This document shows positions 35,700 through 43,738 of a stretch of DNA of 43,738 nucleotides, piece by piece (within the stretch, counting starts at the first letter, position 1; the number at the start of each line of letters is the position of its first letter). Origin of the DNA: Atractiella rhizophila (lineage: Eukaryota); NCBI GenBank assembly GCA_021432655.1, contig MU271566.1, positions 1 to 43,738 of the forward strand, read 5' to 3'. Under the pieces are notes generated by a model. The model did not search any database. It was not told the DNA's origin and saw only the letters and a program-made list of their open reading frames with translations. The translations under genes were made by a program, and so were the position numbers.

Positions 35700-37891
35700 G
35701 GACACTTTTTAAAGTAATATCACAAGTGAGCAGAAATTGACAGTACTTTTTAGCGTCTCTGAGCACTGCTGCTGAATTTAAGGATCATGAGGGAGCCTTT
35801 TTGGCATTGTTTCCAAAGGCTCCAACAGTCGTTACTGGGATTCCCTTGAGAACGACATCCCTGATCCCATTGAACTCTTCTTTATGGCCACAAAGAGAGG
35901 CACAAGGGTTAGGCCATGTTTGAGTGTAGCACTTGGCCTTATCGCTCATGCTTGGTACAGAATGATGAGCGAACTCGCAGCTGAGAAATGATTAGACACG
36001 TACTCCTTATCGGGATTTTGCAATAGAAGAGGATTCATGGCGTTGGGTCTCCTAGTAAGCTTTTGGCAGTCGGTCGAACAACACCATCTTTCTTCTCCCA
36101 CTTCCGCACTAAGTTAGCACTGAACCGCCAAAACGCAGTGGCACTCCCTTATTGATAGAATGGTCCTTTATTTCATAAGGGACTGTCGTTCAGTCTTCAA
36201 GACCCCGATATGACGTCAAAGCTGTTGCTGTGAGCTACTGCCTTTGGCAAGGGCTTGATTGCTTGTCCATAGAGACACCAGGCAAGAAATAAACGAGTCT
36301 TTCCCCCTTAATCCGGAGTGGTTTTGGTTGTGCCATTAATACCAAATCCTCTGGCAAATGAACTTGGCAGCATTAATCTTGACAGCAGGAACCATGTCGT
36401 CAAAATCCTTGTCAACATTCGTGCTCGTAATGTGGAACTTCCACTGCGGGTTGATGAAAGGAGTCATATATGTTGCCTAAGCAGCATTTGATCACATTGA
36501 TATTCCTTAAGAGACCAATGCACACACAAAGGTGTCGTAATGCTCTTGGCCTTGACATAACTGGTGGGTCCAATTGTTGCTGTCGCAATGTTTTCAGCGC
36601 TTGTGGGAACCTGCCAACGAATTCCTGCATGGCTGGCATTGCATACTTCTCTGCCATATCACCATAAGCCATTGGAGACACGTCCTTGTTGCCCGTTTGG
36701 GGAGTGGCCTGATGCTGGGGTGTGGTGTACCAGTGCGGAAAGGGAGACACTAGGGTCAGGGTGGATAGTAGCTGGCGGAGTAGCTGGGACGTTGTCAGAC
36801 ATCCTTGTTGTTTCTCTGCTTGTACTAGTTGTTTGTGGACCTAACCCTAAATGGTCTTCTAGCAGTATTCTCAAGCCAGGCATCAGGTCAGAAGATGTTG
36901 GCTGGAATTATGTCGGCTGCCAATAGCCTTTGTCATCAGTTGACATTTTTGAGTCACTTTTCTTGTGGCGGTTGGTGCCTCCTGCTAGGGATGCACAACA
37001 GGGCATGACGGGTCCTGAACCCGTACTTCGTTCCCGTCTTTTTTGGCGTGCGTGGAGCTCAGTAAACATGTCTCGAACCGCACACATTTTTGGCGGGATG
37101 GGAAGACGTGGGGCAGACATCAAGGAGTGTTCCCATCTTCGTAGGCCAACACGTCTCCTAACATGGCTCCAGATTTCTATAGCTGTGCAATTTATGTAGG
37201 ATCTTTTAGTCAACCAGGTGTCAGGCTTGCCTCTACGCACTACCGAAACGCACCATCTGAAGTCACGTGACCTACTTTACCATGCCATAGGATCACGTGC
37301 ATGTCCATCGCCGCTTTGCTCACGTTCGCGCTGATCGCTGCCATCCCCTGTCTCACACGAACCGCCGCTCAGCAAACCTTAAACATTTCGCCGGTCTGCA
37401 CCGTCTCCATTATTGCTTTATTGTCCTTTCTCACTTGTACTGCTCAGTATGTCTTATTTCCGAGTTTTTCCTTTATTGCTTTCCTGATCTAGCTATCTTA
37501 CATGTTTCAAGAAACTTATGATACAGTTTATGGCAGTGCTTTTACATATGTATATATACATCGAGATGTAGTGGTGGTGACCTAAGAGTATTCTCTTAGG
37601 TTTACCTCCACTACAGGTTAGTCTCCTCATGCCATACTATTCTCTTAGGTTTACCTCCACTACAGACGCATCGCCCATCGGCGACCGCACATAGTGTCAG
37701 CCCTAATACCAGGCCAGGTCGGCTGGCTCATCAAGAACAAGAAGTCGGAGGTTCCTTTGTGCACCTGGTGCCTGTCCAATGTAAGGCCAGAATCTTGTTC
37801 TGACTAGTCTCGCCTCAGTCGCTCCAGTGCTCCATTCAAGTGTTGATCCCAAAGTGTCGATAGAAGGCAGCAAACCATCTTCCTCCGACAA
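35700..37891 (-). pseudogene. Degenerate gene of unknown function, interrupted by a solo LTR
   Basis: Removing the LTR and one TSD joins ...LDEPADLAW to LTKRSYINCTAIEIW... in frame. Further coding-like fragments continue to ~35700. Confidence 0.4.
37219..37708 (+). repeat. Solo Gypsy LTR (type-A U3), TSD CCAGG
   Basis: Reverse-complement homolog of 17877-18317. CCAGG at 37214-37218 and 37709-37713. Confidence 0.95.
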
Positions 37892-38053
37892 CTCTTGTTC
37901 TTCGGCACCATCGCAGCTTCAAAGTACAAAACGGCAGCAACACTTTCGTATTCAGCAAAACTTACGCAGAAGGCTAATCAGCGTATGAAGGCATTTCAAG
38001 AAGATGAGGACTTGCAACCAAATATCTGGGATAGTCTCCCTCCGCAGGTCTAG

Positions 38054-38319
38054 ATGGATGATCCTCTGGAAATCTATTGTGCGAGGTCGAAAACGGATTT
38101 GAAGGAGTGGTCTCAAATGGCAAGGGATATTCTGTCCGTTCCTAGTTTGGGTTTCCTTCATTCGTCTTCTTATTCAATTCTGAGGCTGATTATTCATTTT
38201 TAGGCTGTTCGGTAGCTGTGGAATGCATCTTCAGTGGAGCACGAGATACAATAGGGATCTGTTGTACATGCCTCAAGCCCAACACTATTCAGTCTCTGGT
38301 TCTTAAGGCTCAGCTATGA
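38054..38319 (+). pseudogene. hAT transposase C-terminal dimerisation domain fragment
   Basis: DPLEIY...SQMARDILSVP / SVAVECIFSGARDTIG..LKPNTIQSL, with intron 38145-38203. Confidence 0.85.
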
Positions 38320-39075
38320 TTGGAGAGAGATTGAAAGGCAAAGAAACTAAAGGTAGGCCTGGCTGCCATTGCGAAAGGAACTTCAAGTTGAGCAGGTTGA
38401 AAACATACATTCGCATCTTGACTTCTCAGCTTCACTCAACGTGCTTTATTTTACATTATTTAGCCTAGTAATGTCAACATTGCATGTTATTACAAGATGT
38501 GAGGCGTTTGTCGGCTACAAACCCGTTACTGCCACCTTTGACGTGCTACTCAGCGAATAGAACACGTCTCCCCGTACCCGCCCGCATTCACCTGACGTGA
38601 CGAAGCTCACGTCGCCCCCTACACACGCCATGCCACGCCACGTTGTGCATCCCTACCTCCTGCAGAAAAATAACAGAATGTTGATAGATGTCTTATAATG
38701 CATCAAGTAGATTATAAATAATTAAGCCGGTCAAACTTTCCCATTATGGCTTTGTTTGGCAAAGCGAATATTCCTCTCTTTAAACCTACCTTCACCACCC
38801 GAATGCTGAGAGGTACCATGTGTGACTGATGACTTGCATTTACATGTACATTGTCCTGTTTACAGCTGGCTCAAGCTTCAATGGACGGGACGATGATCTG
38901 GTCGTCTCCATCCCATCCTGCCCTACCGCCCTCTAAAAGAGGATTGGGCGACCTGAAGGACAGGATGGTCAAGGATAGAGCAACGGCACAAGGACGAGTG
39001 TACAGGCTTAAATTAACAGAGAGCTAAAAGTATGTAAATAACAAGATCAGAAGTTGTGACATGTAAAACTTCCTG

Positions 39076-39573
39076 CTAATTCTCCAATACCTCCTCTCTC
39101 TCCTGCCTCAGTTCTACGATCCTTTTCTCATGGTCCATCCTGAGTGAAACCTTAAGAAACATCAGTGCTGGAATAGACTCTGAATCTAAGTGAGCTCTTC
39201 GTATCCCAATGGTATCACGAGTACCAGAAAAGAGGCACTCTACCACAACAGCACTCCCTACAGTCAATGTCAGCAATCCATCAAAACATGATGTGAAGTT
39301 ACATGCCTGGCATAGAAAGGATATCCCGAGCTATGAGAGAAAGGGTTAGGACGATTTTTGTGATTCTTCTTTCCAGAACAGAAGAGACCGACAGCCCATC
39401 AAGCTGTTCATGTTGAAAAGATAATCCAGTTCTTTTTGGGCTAAGTCTTGAGGTTGAACCATACTTTCTTGGGACTTCATTAAGTTGGAGGTTGATACAC
39501 TTTGTTTTTTTTTGTTTGCACAAGCCTAGTTCTTCATCTTGAGGCTCTGATGCTGCAATCAAAAGAGCAGGGT
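39076..39573 (-). pseudogene. Second hAT transposase C-terminal fragment
   Basis: LSLIARDILSMPG / SAVVVECLFSGTRDTIGIRRAHLDSESI; cut off by the LTR at 39574. Confidence 0.85.
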
Positions 39574-40104
39574 TGTTAGGGCTGACACTATGTGTGGTCG
39601 CCGACGGGCGATGCGTCTGTAGTGGAGATAAACCTACGTGCATGATATGACATGAAGACTAACCTGTAGTGGAGATAAACCTAAGAGAATACTCTAAGGT
39701 CACCTCCACTACTCTCTGATCTATATATACAAGCGGAACAACACTGTAGAGGAGAGCAGATGAAACATGTAAGAGAACCATAAGGGGAAGTGACAGTGGG
39801 ATTACGCGGAGTTAATAAGAGGAGGATAGGTACAGTTGGGCTAAGTGGTGATGTAGGTGCAAATGGGCGAACGGGAGACGCAGTGGTGACGGGCGTCGAT
39901 TCGCAGGGAACGCAAATGGGCGATAGGAGACGCGACGGGGCGCAGAGTGGCGACGGGGTAGGTAGAATGGGGACGGGTGAACAGGCGCCAGTTCTGTAGA
40001 ATGCAAACAGGTGAATGGGAGCCGATTCACAGGGAATGCAAATGGGTCATAGGAGACACAATCTGGCGAACGGGTGCCAATTTGTGTAAGATGCAAACCT
40101 GACA
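39574..40104 (-). repeat. Solo Gypsy LTR (type B) with internal U3 duplication and non-matching flanks
   Basis: Homologous to 20802-21254; TG...CA ends; flanks AGGGT / TTGTG. Confidence 0.92.
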
Positions 40105-40504
40105 TTGTGTTTTGATTGACATCCTATTTTACTAACTCCTTTTGATTGTGTTGTCTTGCTGCAGTCTTTTTTTCAAGACAGCGTATTTCGTCGCCCTGTT
40201 GGTCTTCTCGCCATTCACGTTAGCTTTTTCTGCGCAGCTGTCCAGCAAACTAGGCCCTGCTGAGCTAGCGATAGACAACAGGAAGCGATCCAGCTGCTCT
40301 TTCTTGTTGAACATGCGACGAGAAGGCGTCGCCTACCCTTTTTACCCTCTCTCCTCCTGTTTCATAGAGTCCCTTCCCAAATGATGGCGGATGGTGCGAT
40401 GGCACACGGCGACTTGGTAGTAGATGCGGAAGAGATATGAGAAATGATGGTCTGTATTGTGCCATCAGATCATCAGCTCAGTCAGAATGTTTATGTCAAC
40501 AACA

Positions 40505-41600
40505 TTAATCAGTCTCCATTCTAGCTCTTCCTTCCATCCCCTCTTCCGCTTGCTTTTTCACTGCCTCAACAAAAGTCTGAGCACTGAGGGCAGATTCACC
40601 ACCTAACCCCAAACCCTCGCACATCGGCGCAAGCGCACCTGGCGCGTTGATAAAGGCCATATCAAGACCACGGATTGCTCTCTTCAGCTCGGAGCTTTCC
40701 AGAATGCGACGCACATTTTCTGAAGTGCTGGGAAGGGAGGGAGGTAGAAATGAATATAGAGATTCGACTATAGATTCGTTGAGCGAAAGGGGCGGAGCAA
40801 GGACATCACTAAGGAGTAAGGAAGGAGCAGCACTAGCTGCTGAGGTCCCACGTGCGGAAGCGAGAATGTGTTGCAAGCGCGATAGCTGGTCGGAGGTGAA
40901 TGGGACGTCTCCTCTTGTTTCATCCGAAGATTGTTGTTGAGAGGAAGAGCCGGCAGCATAAGCAGGCGGTTGACTGATAAAGGATTCCGAGGTCATAAAT
41001 TTCGTTCGTCTAACGAAGTACAGAACAAGACGAAAGCTCACTCAGCCATCTCAACATCGACAAACTCCTGCTCAGGATCCTCGATCAACGCGTTTACCCT
41101 CCTCACATTCTGTTCATCCTTCTCCGAGCTCACATCTTGCATCCAGAAAAAGTGTCGCGCGTCCGAAGAAGAGAATTGGAGGACGTAGACACGTGCGCGT
41201 GAGGTGGGAGTGAAAGACGCATCTCCAGGGAAGACTGAATAGGTCAAGCTCCAGTGGCGCTGAGCTTTGAAGAAGATGACTGACCAATGAGATCGTCAAC
41301 AATAGAGGTGGTGAGATCTTTGTAACAAACTGCAGAAGAGTCAGCTGAGTTCTGCGGTGTGCAAATAAATACCTACAATGGAGCAGCCCATCTTGCTGCA
41401 AAGGTGTCAGCGGAAGCCTTTTCTACGACTTTGAAAGAGGGCAAACCTGTTCCAGGAAAATGAGCCTAGCGAGTCACTCAGATCAGTAAATCTGTTTAAA
41501 GGAGAACCAGGGCATACCCCCTTCCCGGCAGGGGATCAACAAAAGCAGTTTCTCCCCTTCTCTCGCATTTCCCAGCCTTGAATTCGAGCAATCTTGACAT
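40505..41600 (-). CDS. RPN13: Proteasomal ubiquitin receptor Rpn13/ADRM1, multi-exon
   Basis: PRU-domain motifs LLEFKAGK, VFPGDASF and RVYVLQFSSSDARHFFWMQD; C-terminal UCH37-binding-like helical domain. Confidence 0.92.
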
Positions 41601-41710
41601 CGTGAACTGACGCGTCCTTGATGAAGAGAGGAAATTTAACCACCTTCCTTTTTCGGATCACAGTGAACGGAGAACGAGGAAGTCCGTCAGCGTCAGATAG
41701 GACAACCAAA

Positions 41711-43441
41711 ATGGCTCAGGAGTTGACGTTGCAAGAGGTGATAGACGCTCAGGACGCGCTAGAAACAGTTCGTATTTGTCGACGAAACATATGAGTGTTA
41801 TTTTGCTTAACTATTGTCCCAGGAAGCGCGCGAAATCTTTGGCTTCGACACAACGGTTTGTTCATACGTCGAAGGGTCCGTTAAGCAATCACTATGGTCA
41901 TGCAAAACATGTTCTCGGGAAGAGCCATACTCAAGCGCATCTTCATTAGAATGTGACGGTGTGGGAGTGTGTGGAGCTTGTGCTGTTAGTTGTCATGCCT
42001 GTACGTCTCCAGATGTTCCTGCTCTCGGCCCACTCGTGGTTTTGTTTCATTCTTCCAGGGTGTGAGAAAACTGATGCTGTTCCCAGCGCATGAACTCGTT
42101 GAACTCTTCTTCCGGAGAAACTTTTCATGTGACTGTGGAACGACGAGGATGGATCAAGCCTGTCAACTATCAAAAAGGAAGAACGAGCGGGCAGCAGAAG
42201 ATAATAAATACGACCACTGTTTCAGAGGGGAATTCTGTCGATGTGGAAAGCCTTACAATCCAGAAACCGAGTCTGCAGTTTGCTCTCTCCTCGCCTGTTC
42301 ATTGTGCTGATGGGGGTGCGCAGGGAAGACGAAATGATTCAGTGCGTGCGGAGGTCATTCAATACATATGCAGGCTAAATCGGGGTGTAGGTGTTACATC
42401 TGTGAAGACTGGTTCCACTCGTCCTGCTTGCCTCCACTCGATCCCGAAGCGTATGACGCCCTTATTTGCGGCGCTTGTGTTGAGCGCACTCCGTTGCTAC
42501 TTCGTTGGGCTGGTGCTCCGCGCAGTGGAGTGTTACTAGTGAATGAAGGGACTGAAGAGCTCTATGGCGAGGTGGAAGGGGAGCCGTCTACCAAAGCTAC
42601 ATCCCTGAAGCGACCAGCCGACGATGAAGAGGTACCAGAAGAAGAGGTAGTCAAAAAACGTCGGCTCTCTCCGACTCTGAGTAGCACAATAAGCAGTATA
42701 ACCGAAACCGATTCTTCTAAGTCTCTCCACTTTCCATCTACTGCTGCATCTGATATCGACGCGAGATCTCTCGCTCCAACCTCTCCGGGCACGTCAGTCA
42801 CTTTCGCAAGTTCTTCTGTGGCAGTTGGAAGTATCATGTCGGCAGAGACGGACGCGGAAGAAAGATGTATTGCTCCTCCTATGACCGATGGAGGAAGTGC
42901 GATGTATAAGTTAGTGAAGGAAAAGGGAGGGAATGTGGATGCATTTTTGCAAGAAGATTGGAGGACTAGATGGTGTCGATGTTCCAATGTTCGTACTTTT
43001 TCTCTTTCTCCAGAGCTCATTGTCAACATCACATTTTCGGGGAAAACAGTGCCTGAAGCAGTTTGTCGGATTGGAGTTTCTTCTCAAAGAAGAGGAGGTG
43101 TGGGAACCGGCGGAGGATAAGGATGCTCGTTTGTCTTATTTTCTTATTGGTGGGTTACGCTGAAAAAATGAAGCGTAGACAAATCACTCCTCGAACTCGG
43201 AAGCGAAGCCCTAAGTAGACTGCCTAGAGATAAGACCCTTGATGGTTTGCGTGCCTTTAACGGGATGCGGTACGTCCCAATGACTCTCTTTGAAGGCACT
43301 TGCTTGAACTACGATTGGTTTAACAGCGATCGGCTCATGGTTTATTTGAGACCTCTAGCTGAAAAGGGGGAAACAGTGACGGACGATCATGTAGAAAGGT
43401 TTTTTGCCATGGAGAAGGAGAGGTCAAAAAAGCGTCTGTAA
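41711..43441 (+). CDS. UBR7: UBR-box + PHD E3 ligase, UBR7/Mlo2 family, multi-exon
   Basis: CSY..QSLWSCKTC..GVCGACAVSCH, HELVELFFRRNFSCDCG, FCRCGKPYNPE, MIQCYICEDWFH, WCRC..C and LRPLAEKGETVT..VERFF. Confidence 0.92.
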
Positions 43442-43593
43442 CAATGGGGTAACATGTTGGATTCATTGTCATTTCCTGCTTGCATGTAATGATTACTTGA
43501 ACGAATTGAGTTTGTGTTGATCAATGGTAAGCCTTACACTCACTCCTCGCCAGCCTCTTTCTCCTCCCGAGCTCCTCCGGCCAAATCAGCCTT

Positions 43594-43737
43594 TTACCTT
43601 GCTCTCTCTTCCTTCCTCTCCACTTCCTCAACCGCCTCTGTTTTCCTTTGCTTCGCTGTTTCATCAACGCTACCCAGTCTTCCTCTTTCTTCTGACTATC
43701 AAATTTCCTTTTCTTCGTCTTGATGGCTAATGGCTTT
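43594..43737 (-). CDS. Probable 3' end of a convergent gene (basic/charged C-terminus), runs off the window
   Basis: Open frame KPLAIKTKKRKFDSQRKRGR...ERAR* from the window edge. Confidence 0.4.
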
Positions 43738-43738
43738 T

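Noticed and set aside
20802..40104. One giant 19-kb LTR element bounded by the two co-oriented type-B LTRs
   Set aside because: Outer flanks GTTGC and TTGTG are not a 5-bp TSD, there is no PBS beside the 39574 LTR, and the two LTRs differ substantially.
40132..40314. 60-aa ORF as a continuation of the hAT gene across the LTR
   Set aside because: No TSD links the flanks and no clear hAT motif is present.
42562..43032. 156-aa minus-strand ORF and similar shadow ORFs over pol genes
   Set aside because: Antisense shadows of well-supported coding regions.

Overview
Eukaryotic DNA, most likely a basidiomycete fungus (short GT-AG introns of ~40-65 bp, CpG-type decay of repeats). About 40 kb is a nested transposon cluster, followed by housekeeping genes. 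In order: (1) a decayed CMC/EnSpm(Plavaka-like) DNA transposon with a CCCTA-type right end at 5880. (2) An F-box-like/LRR gene lying directly downstream of a Ty1/Copia 3' LTR. (3) That Copia element is split by a complete chromodomain Ty3/Gypsy element (441-bp LTRs, ATTGG TSD). The Gypsy carries a spliced antisense accessory gene and a probable self-priming PBS. (4) A truncated sister Gypsy with a different U3 and no accessory gene. (5) Degenerate genes, including an acyl-CoA synthetase fragment, then a second copy of the CMC-like terminus. (6) A ~5.6-kb candidate DNA transposon with degenerate inverted ends, pairing an IS3EU-like DDE integrase with a divergent alpha-kinase gene. (7) Solo LTRs and two hAT 3' fragments. 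(8) Intact RPN13 and UBR7/Mlo2-like genes arranged head-to-head. The first 272 bp are an exact inverted copy of 19859-20130, consistent with an inversion breakpoint or a misassembly. All family assignments come from motif recognition by eye; no database searches were run.
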